Part shown: positions 22,976 to 34,950 of the stretch, piece after piece
How positions within the stretch are numbered: position 1 is the stretch's first letter
How the letters are laid out: each line of letters begins with the position of its first letter
NCBI RefSeq assembly: GCF_001194135.2
Contig: NC_068983.1
Location: 63,618,761 to 63,657,097 of the forward strand
Source of the DNA: Octopus bimaculoides
Lineage: Eukaryota
Length of the DNA stretch: 38,337 nucleotides
Direction of reading: 5' to 3'
The notes under the pieces: model-generated
Told to the model about the DNA's origin: nothing
Databases searched by the model: none
What the model saw: only the letters and a program-made list of their open reading frames with translations
Translations under genes and position numbers: made by a program

Positions 22976-25034
22976 TTAGATAAGATAACTACTAAGAAGC
23001 TCGGTTACACTCAAATCATTTGTACATATATTATAATAAACGTAGAAAAATCCCAAACTCGTGGTTTGTAACTACAGCAAAATATCAATGTCAGATTAAA
23101 TTAAGAACGCTTGGAATAAATCCTGTTTAAATATCTTTATTTTTCTATCGAATTTAACTTCCTCAACTTCTTTCATTTTCAAATTTTCTACTCCTTGTTT
23201 ATGAAATGTACCAGCGTTCCTGTTGATTATCTTTTCATTTTGATCACTAGCTCCCAACCAACTCTTGTGACTCTTCATCGACGTTTTCTAAGTTATTTTC
23301 TGTTTTTTCTTTCACGTATTCTACACATATTCTATTTATTGTTACCCCTGTAACTCTGTATTCTTAATATATATATACATTCAGTCTTACAAGAAAATAT
23401 ACTGTCTCTGTCTCTCTGTGTCTTTCTGACGATGGCTCCTTCTAGAAAGTTTAGAACTTTTCTCTTCCTTAAGTTACATCATATAAATTCACCCCATGTT
23501 TTCTATTGTATTTTGTGAGAAGTTTGATCTTAAGGAATCGCCTTCAAACCATTCTCCATCATCTTAAACAGGGAAAAGTATATTAGATAATGCACTACTA
23601 ATGACACGGTCTGAAGACAAAAGAGTCACAGTTAAAATGCCGTTGGTCTGCTGAATTAGGGGTCAGGATTGGGGGTAAATAAAATCAGCAAAACAATGTG
23701 TTCACTGTCCCCTCAGAAATTGAAGAAATGCATATTAAATTAGACTATTGTTAGATACCCGGATGAAAGTGAAATTGACAAATCAGAAGATAGCGACTGC
23801 CTGATGCTAAAGTAACTCTACCATATAACAGATGTAAATTGCTTCAGGTAGAATTGAGATAATTTAACTTACTAAGTAACGAACTTTACCTACCACTGGA
23901 CCTGAAAAAAGCAGGCCATGAAAAGTTAGGCGATAGCGGCTTCAGAAATATATTGCTACCTAATGATCGTGGCATATCGTTAAGGATGTCGGATAAGTAT
24001 AGAACACGTACTTTTCGGGATATTGCAGAAGCCACAGCTACCGTTTATCGAAAGATCCATGAATTGTTCATTATCTTCTTTCCTAGCTGAAATGAGACCA
24101 CGTACTGTGTAGGGATTCTTCCAAGAAATAAATTATGGAATTCCGTTTATTTGACAGAACTGAAATTTTGAAATATGCAAACCAAGTATACTCATCTACA
24201 ATCTGATATAATATAGGAATGTTACAGCATAGAAAGACAAGAAAGACGATACACGGCAGGATAACGATCCTCTTATTCTATAGAGAATTAGTAGAGCACA
24301 GAAGGAAGGCGTATTAAAGGCATCGACTATGACATATTACGAAGATACTTCTGGATAACCTCCTGACTTTTAAAAAAATTAATTTAAATGTATTCTGAAT
24401 ATTTAATCTTGTGTAGCGATAGATTTGATAAGGTGCTACACAGTCCATTTTGGATTCCAGAGTGTCTATCATCAAAGGATTCAATTAATCAAAATCCGAC
24501 ATGTGAGAAAACTGCTTACAATTTCTTCCGTAGGAAAAGCTATTTGTGACGAATCAGTATTTAATCCAGTTGAAATTATGTCTTTCAGCGTCTTTCATAA
24601 GTAGCAAGATGTGAATTGGTTAGCGAACACTTCTAAAAGTATTTAAATTGCATCGATCCATAGTTAGATTCTAAGGTAGTGGAGAATATGACATATTCAA
24701 CTGAAAGAAGGTAAAGAGGCCCTCTGCACAGATTTGTCATGAGAAAAATTTAAGGTCTTAGTAGTTTCGTTATGATGTTCCGTTTGTGCGTTAAAAGTAG
24801 CCCTTTAAATGTTGGTGCAGATATATGTTACGACGTAGACGTCTTTATATAGTATAAGCGAATGTAAAAGGTCAATAAAAACTACTAAATGCTGGTGTTC
24901 TACCAGTATTACGCAACACAATGGAAACTTTGGGCGCGCTACTCAGGTTCGTATAAACAAGTTTATCGTTCGCAACAGCAGATGGGGGAACATCCAATTG
25001 GAATGTGAGAGAGTGGTCTTGTGCTAGGAAAGAG

Positions 25035-25079
25035 AGGGAGTAAGAGGGAGAAAGAGAGAGCGAGAGGGAGAGAGAGAGA

Positions 25080-25143
<64 letters not shown>

Positions 25144-25150
25144 AAGAGAA
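25035..25150. repeat. (GA)n microsatellite
   Basis: Directly visible. Confidence 0.95.
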
Positions 25151-25859
25151 AGATAGGTAGATATTATCAGGGCCAATGGTTAAAGCGTTTAGTAAATATT
25201 ATATATGAACACAAACCATACTCATGTACATACATATTGTTTCGTATAATATTAACGTTATAATGTATTACTAATATTCTTTCAAATTGCTAAAGCCCCC
25301 CTCTTCCCCGTTAACTCTCAACACATATATTTAATTAAATAATTGCCCTGATACGTTTTGAGAATATATATATTGCAAATATTTATGGCAAAATTTTATT
25401 AGATTATCAATGGAACTTATAATATCGGATATCATATATTTTACAATATATTGAAACATAATTAGCCTCGTTGTTTATGAATATTGGGTTTATGCTCAAA
25501 CTGGTAAATATAAAGACAGAAACAGGGTGAAATTTTTCTCAAAATATTTGTATGTAGAGTTATTTCATGCATAAAACGATACTTTTTAAATGTAATTATG
25601 CGCAACGCAGATTTCTAGAAATTCAATGATAAAATAGTGTTGCTTTGTTGAGAAAGGAAATACATTATATGAATAATTTCTCTACTTGAAACAGGTGAAT
25701 TTAGGTAGGAAGAATGCTGTTTGCTAGTTAGAAATCCTGAATTTGTATATAATTAATAAATATTCCACTTGTAAATCTAATTAGAAGAGATTACTTCTAA
25801 TTAAACAAATATGTTTAACATACGAACATATCAAATATAACTGTATACCTAAACAAAAT

Positions 25860-26140
25860 AACTGAAACGATTTGGTGGCCACCCTCCACATTTGATCCAA
25901 ATTACTGGGAGAATAGCGCCATGGACCAGCCAAAATTGTAGCAAGCCATCGTCAAGGGAATGGTACAGATGAAAATAATAGACGTCAAAAAGCAGAGATC
26001 AGACTTTGAAGATGCTAAGAGCAACTGGTATTTCTTGCTCCCCCGCCAACCTTCTCCCACGATAAACACTCCACCATCCCTGGTCTGAACAGTCACCCCA
26101 GGCAGCGGCTCCCTTCTCACTCACCAAGATGAAAAGGGCC
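25860..26140 (+). mobile_element. RTE-clade LINE extreme 3' end relic
   Basis: DPNYWENSAMD..QAIVKGM (frameshift) ENNRRQKAEIRL..TIPGLNSHPR, matching the RTE ORF2 C-terminal pattern. Confidence 0.65.
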
Positions 26141-26548
26141 ATTCACTGGCTACAGATTAACTACTCGATTACGAGCTGATGCCGAGGATCAAATATGCCT
26201 CTATATCTATACAAAATAATTGAAACAATTTGGTTTCTCTTCAAACTTTGGTTTTTCCTAGAAATGTGCAGAAACGAACTGATGTCAGTATTGCTCAAGC
26301 GCCATATCGATTTCTCCAATGAAGCCAATCTTTTGTAAATCATTAAGTACATGCATGACAACCACTTTATATAATATAATTAATATTCTCCCATTATTTT
26401 CATTATATTTCGTATGTGTATTTCGTGTGCAAGATTCTTGATGTGGATACGTGTGTTGAAAGAAATACAATTAAACCTTGGGAGAGGCATTATGCCGGTA
26501 ATAAACACACGCACTGGTTCAGTCCTTTGTTAATTTATATAGTTTTTT

Positions 26549-26589
26549 GTTAAATTATTTCATTGCACTCTTGCAATCTCTTCAGTAAC
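26549..26589 (-). ncRNA. Hammerhead-like motif in the left arm
   Basis: GUUA-CUGAAGA-G-AUUGCA-AGAG-UGCAAU-GAAA-UAA-UU-UAAC; stem I GUUA/UAAC; the usual C11.1 is missing. Confidence 0.55.
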
Positions 26590-26676
26590 TTGTCTCTCCA
26601 CTTCCATTTAAATTCCAAAACAACGCCAAAACAACGCCAGATCATACATTCAAAATAAATGGAAGTGGAGAGACAA

Positions 26677-26717
26677 GCTACTGAAGAGATTGCAAGAGTG
26701 CAATGAAATAATTTAAC
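26677..26717 (+). ncRNA. Hammerhead-like motif in the right arm
   Basis: GCUA-CUGAAGA(26681-26687)-G-AUUGCA-AGAG-UGCAAU-GAAA(26705-26708)-UAA-UU-UAAC; one stem I mismatch. Confidence 0.5.
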
Positions 26718-27059
26718 AAAAAACTATATAAATTAATAAAGGACTGAACCAGTGCGTGTGTTTATTACCGGCATAATGCCTCTCCCAAGGTTTAATTGTA
26801 TTTTCATTATAATTATCATTAAATACATTTTTCTATTTCATATATATTGATACCTTTCTCTAAAATATATAACTACTTCAGAATTTGGTGTGTTCATAAG
26901 TACTAAGTATTTATAACAGATAACAATTGTCCAAGTTGTCAAAAAAAAAAGAAAAGAAGAAAAACTCTTCTAGAACCCTTCTTATAGCCCTTTCCACACT
27001 CTCTGTAACAAGTAGGAAGAATAATGAAACGTTTTCCAAGTAGAAACCGACGCAGAAAC

Positions 27060-27178
27060 TTGCAAAACATTTGATTCCGATAGAACCATGGGTGGACTAG
27101 ATGTTCAGAAGACCAGATGTATTTTCTTATGACGGTAGGATATGATTTCAGAGAAATTCGGCTGCTATATTTAGCTAT
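27060..27178 (-). repeat. Dispersed repeat family D
   Basis: gacggtaggatatgatttcagagaaattcggctgctatatttagc is reverse-similar to 6442 and 21997. Confidence 0.45.
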
Positions 27179-27599
27179 GAATATAAAGAAGAAGGGCTTT
27201 AGTGAGACAGAAGTCTAGTGTAAACCGACATTGGGGAAATGCACTTCTCCAGAAAGCAGAAGTTTACCCTGAAAAGGTGGACATACGGAAATACATGTTT
27301 AATATCTCTGAGAGAAAAAGACATACGCGTTTCTGATGATTTTTAAAGGGTCCCATCAATCAGAAGTTACCTATTCGATCTAATTTACCCAGTTTATCAA
27401 CGAGATACATAAATCATGTAGTCTGATGAAGGATTATGGACACAATTATTAACGGGTTAAACTTTAAAACTTAAACGTATGTTTTCCTAATTATAGTTAT
27501 GTTATTTTGATACTCTTTTTATGTTATGGCGTTTTGTCACTCACACATAACTACATCGGCATACAACCCACCATAAAGTCTTTGTAAATAGACTCTATA

Positions 27600-27633
27600 C
27601 ATGCATGCATACATACTTGCAAAGATACATACA

Positions 27634-27665
<32 letters not shown>

Positions 27666-27774
27666 AGAGACCAAAGTGTACGTACGCCGCTATATATTTT
27701 ATACATACATACATACGTACGTACGTACGAATGCATGTATGTATGTATGTATGCATGTATGTATGTATGTATGC

Positions 27775-27807
<33 letters not shown>

Positions 27808-27812
27808 TGTAT
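27600..27812. repeat. (TACA)n then (TATG)n microsatellites
   Basis: Directly visible. Confidence 0.9.
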
Positions 27813-27839
27813 TATATTGTGTGTGTAAAACATGGTCAC

Positions 27840-27885
27840 ATATTCACTGTGAATGAATATTCACTGTGAATGAATATTCACTGTG
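27840..27885. repeat. 17-bp tandem repeat ATATTCACTGTGAATGA, about 2.7 copies
   Basis: Exact units, each containing the palindrome ATTCAC-T-GTGAAT. Confidence 0.9.
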
Positions 27886-28991
27886 TCTTTTTGAAACATC
27901 AGAAATATTTTAAGAGAGAATCGCAAACTGAATTTCATTTTATAAACAAAGCTAAATATGAGCTGGCGGCTGATAGCTGACTTTAGCTAAAAGCTATCTT
28001 TAAGAATTTGTTCAAAAGAATTCTATAGACTTTATTAATCATGGACAAAAAATATTCTAGAAGACATTCATTATCATCTGATGAACAGTCAGTAATATAC
28101 CATTTAGGAAAGAAACTTTCATGTATGTTTGTATGTATGTATGTATGTATGTATCTGTGTGTGTATGTATGTATATATATATATATGTGTGTATGCATGC
28201 GTGTGTTTACTTATACACACAGTGTGGGCTTTCTGTGTGTGTGTTTCATATTAGAAATTGGATCACTCAGATGTGGTGACGTTATGAACTATATATAAAT
28301 ATTTGCGGCTGATTGAGCTCATTACAACAACATCATCATTTGAAATATCTGGCAAATTCCGTTGATTTTTGTATAAACTGGAGCAATTATACAAAAGTAA
28401 CATATTTCGACGCGCATTTATGAACTTGATTCAGCGTCTAGTATATTGTTGGTTCTAAAAAAGACAATAGTTCTAACCAAATATCTAATCCTAAAAGATA
28501 ATATAGCATTGAAATGCTAAAAAATATATAACATTGAAATACTTTGAAATAATATAGCATTGAAAAAATAAAAGCAAAAAACCATGAAAACATTCACGCT
28601 ATATTTTACTCCACGACGTAATAATTATTTAACAATAGAAACTGTTGATAATTAGTTTCTTGACTTGCACTCTGTTGACTTCACTCTGTGGAGCTAGAGA
28701 TAGCATTACTAGCGCTTTATAAACAATCAAAAACACGAAAGAATTAATATGAAAAAGAAAAACAAAAATCAATGCCCTCAGAGAGCCATAGTCTGAGACT
28801 GAATTTATGCGTTGTTTGTTTATTCAACTATTCAACAAATGAAGGTTGTAACTTAACGTGTACTTTCAACTGGCCGCTCTTCCATCGCCATAGAACTTTC
28901 AGTAGATGGAATGATAAATACGGTCACCGTTAGTGGGTTCTAGATCAGGAGTTTCATTGTCTTGAGAAGTGCAGAGCCACCTCTTAACCTC

Positions 28992-29101
<110 letters not shown>

Positions 29102-29199
29102 CACATACACACATATCATGAATATATGTGTTTTTGTTTGTGTGCGTGCTCGCACGTGAGAATCAATTTTGACCGGCCACCTACTTGGTACCAAGGCTG

Positions 29200-30900
29200 T
29201 GAGGGAATCTTGTTTTGTTCATCGCAATTTAGATCTTAAGAAAGTCTTCCAGATTTTTATAATTCTGGATATCGCGATCATTGGTAGTGTATAAATTAAG
29301 AATTCACGTTCTTTATTCAAAATCACATGTTCAGCCATACTTTGCTCCAGACGGGTTGGTAAGCGTCCTGTGGCTCTAATAATAATGGATATGAAACTGG
29401 AAGTGCATCTTTGGTACTGCATTTTCAAACACTTTATCAATGATTCATAAATGTCCTATTTCTATTGTATTTTTTTTAGCTATATTGGTGTTCAGAGTGC
29501 AGGTGATTTCGACACAGGAGCATATATTTTTCTTATGGTCCCACACAACAATATCTGGCCGGTTAGGTTTTAACTCGGTAGCTCTTTTAATTTTCAAGTT
29601 CCACTAATATTCTATTGACCCATCGGTTGCAATATAGTCAATTTCCTCTGAAGGTATTTTCATTTTTGTTATCCTATTTTCCACCGTTCTAGCTACCGTA
29701 TCATGTCTCGAGGGAACATGATATCTAAAAGACATTCTCTCGTAGCTGGTAATAATGTGGTTGATGTCTACAGTCTTGGTCCTTTTTAGTCTGTCATTTG
29801 ATGCCGGTCAACTTTTTCTGCCTTTTATGCTGTATTTGATGGAGGATCTCTTGTTCTTGAATTGCATGGAGGTAACCTTCAAAGTGGGGTAGCATAAACC
29901 TCTCGGTATTTTATGCCAAGCTTTTGACATGAATAACCCCTTTCTACGTTTTGAATTTTTCGTGCCAAGTAACCAATGTACAATCTCATCATTGTTTTAT
30001 TTTACCCTTCTGATTAAATAGATTTTACTAATGCTGCATGGGGAGAAATATGTTTCAGCTCTTATCATATAGCGCACCCCACTTAAGTTCAGTATGATAC
30101 GAGTACAGATTTGAGACCACAGCCACCATCCTTACCTGGGAAGTATAGTCTTTATACATCTTCATTGATGTTAAATTTGCCTGTAACACTGAGCAGCCTG
30201 AGCGTTCGGACATCCATCTCTCTGAGGTCTAGTAGTGAACAGTTCATGTCAAATGTAGGCGCGAAGACAGGCCCTGCAAAGGCGCGGGCAACATTCTGGT
30301 AGGCTGAGAGTTCTGATGACCATATTCTCTTTACTCTCCTGTAGTATTCATTACAGGTCCCTCCCTTATTGATGGGCTTATCGTATCTGCCATTCTCATC
30401 TTGTCTAGGATATGTATAATTGTCATCTGACTGCAGAAGTTGTATGTCAAACCGGTCACGTTTAGGTTTTCATAGGAGGACATAACTTTTCCACGTTTTA
30501 TTGTCAAAAATGCACGTTTGAACTCATTAAATTTCATTCCAATGTCTAGAAAATTGGGCAACGCGATCAAATTGTGTTTTTATGTGGTTGACAAAGAAAT
30601 GATGGTAGAAACTTTTGGATCTATTTCTATGACCGCTATGCTTTGTGAACAGGTATGATAGCGGATGAGAAGACGAAGAACAACACCGACAGGCAAATAC
30701 CCTGTAAGATGCCTTTTTGGCAGTGAATACTACCCGACTCAATATGTTTTTTAACATACTTACAGAAGAAAGTGCTGTACCAAGTCTTGGTCAGGCATTA
30801 AGTTGCACTCACTAGTCGTTGTGAGAGTTTGTCTAGCTGCACAGCCTTGATAATCCACCATGTGGTATACTATTTAAATCTTCTGGTAGTAAAGCCACGG
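29200..30900 (-). mobile_element. R4/Dong-clade RLE non-LTR retrotransposon, 5'-truncated and degenerate
   Basis: Manual translation: DYQK..SIPH, KGILQG (30699-30713), PLSYL, DIGMKF..LTIKRGKV, EYYRRVKRIWSSELSAY, RLYFPGKDGGCGL, FEGYLHAIQEQEI, DINHIITS..RHDTVA, W..K..KPNRPDIVVWD (29538-29567)..VEITC. Confidence 0.88.
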
Positions 30901-31020
30901 TACAGTTAAATTACTGCTATTTTTTACTGTACGCATTTATGTATGTGTGTGAGTCAGTGAGCGAGTGTGTTTATGTGTTTGTGCGCGCGCTGAATTTCAC
31001 AATTTGTATGTTTATCCCTT

Positions 31021-31228
31021 TTTTTTTCTCTTTTACTTGTTTCAGTCATTTGACTGCGGCCATGCTGGAGCACCGCCTTTAGTCGAGAAAATCGACCCCA
31101 GGACTTATTCTTTCTAAGCCTAGTACTTATTCTATCGGTCTCTTTTTGCCGAACCGCTAAGTTACGGGGACGTAAACACACCAGCACCGGTTGTCAAGCG
31201 ATTATGGGGAGGCAAACACAGACACACA

Positions 31229-31285
<57 letters not shown>

Positions 31286-31497
31286 GCACGCACGCACGTA
31301 CACACACACACACATGTATATATATACATACATACGACGGGCTTCTTTCAGTTTCCGTCTACCAAATCCACTCACAAGGCTTTGGTCGGCCCGAGGCTAT
31401 AGTAGAAGACACTTGCCCAAGGTTTCACGCAGTGGGACTGAATCCGGAACCATGTGGTCGGTAAGTAAGCTACTTACTACACAGCTACTCCTGCGCC
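31021..31497 (-). mobile_element. Full-length SINE family A (best-preserved copy) with internal (CA)n
   Basis: Head GGCGCAGGAGTAGCTGTGTAGTAAG..GGATTCAGTCCC, ccttgggcaagtgtctt core, microsatellite, complete tail. Confidence 0.92.
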
Positions 31498-31598
31498 TAT
31501 GTTTCTATTTTTAATGAGCATCTTCTTGTTTTGGTAAACAGTCAATGCCATAGGAGAGCATAAAGATTAAACTTGTAGTTAAGAAAAATTTAGCTGAT

Positions 31599-32130
31599 AT
31601 GGAGGACTGGAAACCATCAGAATATTGGAAAAGGCTTATCTGTGTTATGATAATTCGAACTGGGTACCAAAATGCTGACATCATGACTGCAGCTCATTGC
31701 TCTGTAAATAACGTAAAGGCTGTAACACATGACATGGACAGCTGTATTGGAGACTAAGAAGCGATGGCCAGAAAGCAGCGCCACAATAGTAGTTCTGCCT
31801 GCATCTGCACACCAGTTGATCCCAACACATTTGAACAGACTCTTGAGCTCATTTCAGGCGAGTGTGTGAAGCTGCTGGAGAATGTGGTCAAACTTTAGCT
31901 GCATAAGACTGCTGGTGGAAGGCCATATGTGTGGCAGCATTAGTCGGCTCTTTACTATATTTTCGAAAGAGTGGGAAGTGGCTGTCAGAGAATTTCTACA
32001 ACTTCACCAACCCCATTTCTGACTGCCAATTTTTGGTTGCCAATTTCTGGCTGCCTAAGATCACCACAGTGTTGAAAGATCTTGCCACGGGCTCAGTGAG
32101 GAATGCATACAAGTTCCAGAGCCATCTCAC
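31599..32130 (+). mobile_element. Internally deleted Tc1/mariner-superfamily transposase relic (maT/DD37D-like)
   Basis: MEDWKPSEYWKR..HCSVNNVKAV, then VKLLENVVK..GGRPYVWQH*SA..RKSGKWLSENFYNFT..SVRNAYKFQSHL. First-D region absent. Confidence 0.7.
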
Positions 32131-32190
32131 TCTCTTCCTCTTCCTCAGTCTCTCTGTCTCTGTCTATCTGCCTCTCCTCTCTGTGCATGC

Positions 32191-32240
<50 letters not shown>

Positions 32241-33465
32241 GCTTGCATTTGTGTATGTATGCGTGCATGTATGTATGTATGTATGTATGTATGGTTTTCA
32301 TATTCTGATCACACTCTAAGAGTCAGCTTTCATCTTCAATATTCCTGGCTTAGTTAAATAACTAGCAGTCAAATATTGAGATTGAGTACCTCCCAAATTA
32401 GAAATGATTAATTTATTTTCAAGCAATGGGTTGACAGAAATAGTAAAATGCAAGACTAAATATCTTACAGTATTCATTTTAATCCTTTTATTATCTGATT
32501 TCAAATCACGGGAAGGTCAATTTGCTTTTGTTTTTTTCTCCCGAGATTGGGAGATTGGAAAACGTGTATTAGTCACGAATTCCTGTCAAATTATATCATT
32601 TCCTATAATTAATGCCTTCAAAACAGTCTGACAAAATCATTACGTATCAATGGCAGAGATGATGAAACATGCATATCTAGAAAGGAAAAGCAGTTTGCAT
32701 ATTTTAATCTTAATAGTGGAAGACAGTGCGTTGCACAATTCATTGTATTTACCGAAAGAAAATTCTACATTGACAACAAAGATACGTTGTGTATTTTCGA
32801 AAAACGATTTGGATTAAAATTTCTTACTTTATGGTTTCCCCACCCAAGATAGAAAGTTTCGATGTGACCTCGTACAAAGTTTGAAGACAGAACATAGAGA
32901 GAAGAATCTTATACGCTTCCTCCGGGTCTGGTTGCATAGTGTCATTAACAAAAGTTATGTTAGCTCGCAGTGTTGTTTACGACAGTAATCTCGGGTTATC
33001 AGTTTTCGGGAAATGGGTTCCGCTAGACTAGCTTAAACTAGACAGACTAAACGAAAGGTTGCTTTTGTCAACTTTTTATTTTTAAAAAATGAAAAGGTTT
33101 AAGCAGAAATTTTTTAGTTGTTCAAAAGAACAGTTTTTGAAGGGAAATCGAAGTATTTTGATTTTATTATTCTGCATGGTGATAAAAGTAACGAGAAAAA
33201 AAATTAAGAAAAGACGAAAACAAAAACTCAATGGAAACAACCCCACTCAAAAAACAAAAACAAAACAAAACAAAAGACAACTGATGCATTATTGCAACGC
33301 AACATGTAGTAGGACGGACATGAATGCTGCAACGCATTAAACCAGACTCCCTTACCGTAGATATCAAAATCAAATTTCTTCATATTCTGATTCATTGTTA
33401 CACATTTCCAGTAAACTATGATCTCTGAACTTCATATGTATGTGTTTGTACAAGTGTGTGTAGGC

Positions 33466-33466
<1 letters not shown>

Positions 33467-33522
<56 letters not shown>

Positions 33523-33600
33523 CATATACATTTATATATATATATATACACACACATATGTAAATATATACTTATATAAATGTATATATGTGCGTCTGTT

Positions 33601-33643
<43 letters not shown>

Positions 33644-33650
33644 TATATAC
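33467..33650. repeat. (TA)n microsatellite cluster
   Basis: Directly visible. Confidence 0.95.
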
Positions 33651-34363
33651 ACACACAGAGGTATGTATACGTTCATAAGCTGCTGAAATTTTTGTCATGA
33701 TTTTGTTAAATAAATAATAACATGAAACGATTGATAGATAAATATAAAACGTGGTCTTGTGTCTGTTTCTATGTGAATGTCTGTGTGTGCGAGTGTGCTT
33801 GTGTCTGCATGAGAGACAGATACAGAGGATGGAGAGAGAAACAAACAGAAAAAGAAGGTAAGTAGGGAAAAGGCGAGGAAGAGGTTATAGGAGAGAATGC
33901 GAAAGAGGGTGACAAATGGGATGAGAAAAGAGAATACAAGAACCGATGATAGACAGAGAAAAAGAATCATGAAACTGCTGGTAAAAATTATGTATCACGT
34001 AGAGAAAAAAGGAAGAAAGAAAAAAGGAACGAAGGTAGATCCTCTTTTTTAAAGCATTACGATGCACTGAAGAAAAAAACAAGTCACATAAACAGAAGTA
34101 AACAGAGAGAGAGAGAGAGAAAGCTTAGTAAAAACGGAAGAAAAAACCCAGTATAAAACTAGGCGAGTTTCGCTGAAATGAATATGAAATAATTGCATCG
34201 TGGTAGAGTCATGTTAGCCATTTAAACGAACACATATAGCTTTATATTCAATTTTGTTTTATTTTGTTATGATGGTCAATGATGTTCTGTTCCCCTGAGA
34301 TGCTTTGCAACAGAATATCTGGCTTTTATATTTAACAATGATGATGATGATGATGATGATGAT

Positions 34364-34526
34364 GCAGGCGTAGCTGTGTGATAAGAAGCTTGCATCCCAA
34401 CTACAAAGTTCCAGGTTCAGTCCTACTGTGTGACACTTTGGCCAGGTGTCTTCTACTACAACCTCGGGCCGACCAAAGCCTTGTGAATGGATTTTGTAGA
34501 CGGAAACTGAAAGAAGCGGTCATGTA

Positions 34527-34586
<60 letters not shown>

Positions 34587-34715
34587 TGTGTGTCGTTATG
34601 TTTGTTTCTGTCTCCTCCACCATCACTTGACAATCAATGTCGGTATGTTTACGACCCCGTATCTTAGCGGTTCGGCAAAGACATCGAAAAAATAAGTATC
34701 AGGCTTACAACGAAT
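34364..34715 (+). mobile_element. SINE family A, 3'-truncated
   Basis: ggcgtagctgtgtgataag..ggttcagtcc head, central (TACA)n/(TA)n, partial tail; preceded by (ATG)n. Confidence 0.88.
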
Positions 34716-34740
34716 ATATACGTACATACGTATATGTTCT

Positions 34741-34950
34741 TTATTTGTTTACTTGTTTCAGTCGTTAAGCTGTGGCTATGCTGTAGCACCGCTTTTTAGT
34801 CGAAGAAATTGACCCCAAGACATTCTTTGTAAGCCTGCTACTTATTCTTTCGGTTTCTTTGACGAACCGCTAAGTTACGGGGACGTAAACACACCAACAT
34901 TGATTGTCAAGTGATGGTGGAGGAGACAAACAGACACAAAGACACACAAG
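34741..34950 (-). mobile_element. SINE family A 3' half, inverted relative to 34364-34715
   Basis: Tail motifs on the minus strand. Confidence 0.88.

Larger units (their letters stand above)
26468..26798. mobile_element. 331-bp foldback element, 143-bp inverted arms, TA-flanked
   Basis: Arms 26468-26610 and 26656-26798 nearly identical; 45-bp spacer with duplicated CCAAAACAACG; TA at 26466-26467 and 26799-26800. Confidence 0.92.

Noticed and set aside
27423-27480. CTGATGAAGG as another hammerhead
   Set aside because: No stem II partner or GAAA follows.
28501-28565. Three ATATA(G/A)CATTGAAA copies
   Set aside because: Short AT-rich local duplications with no further structure.
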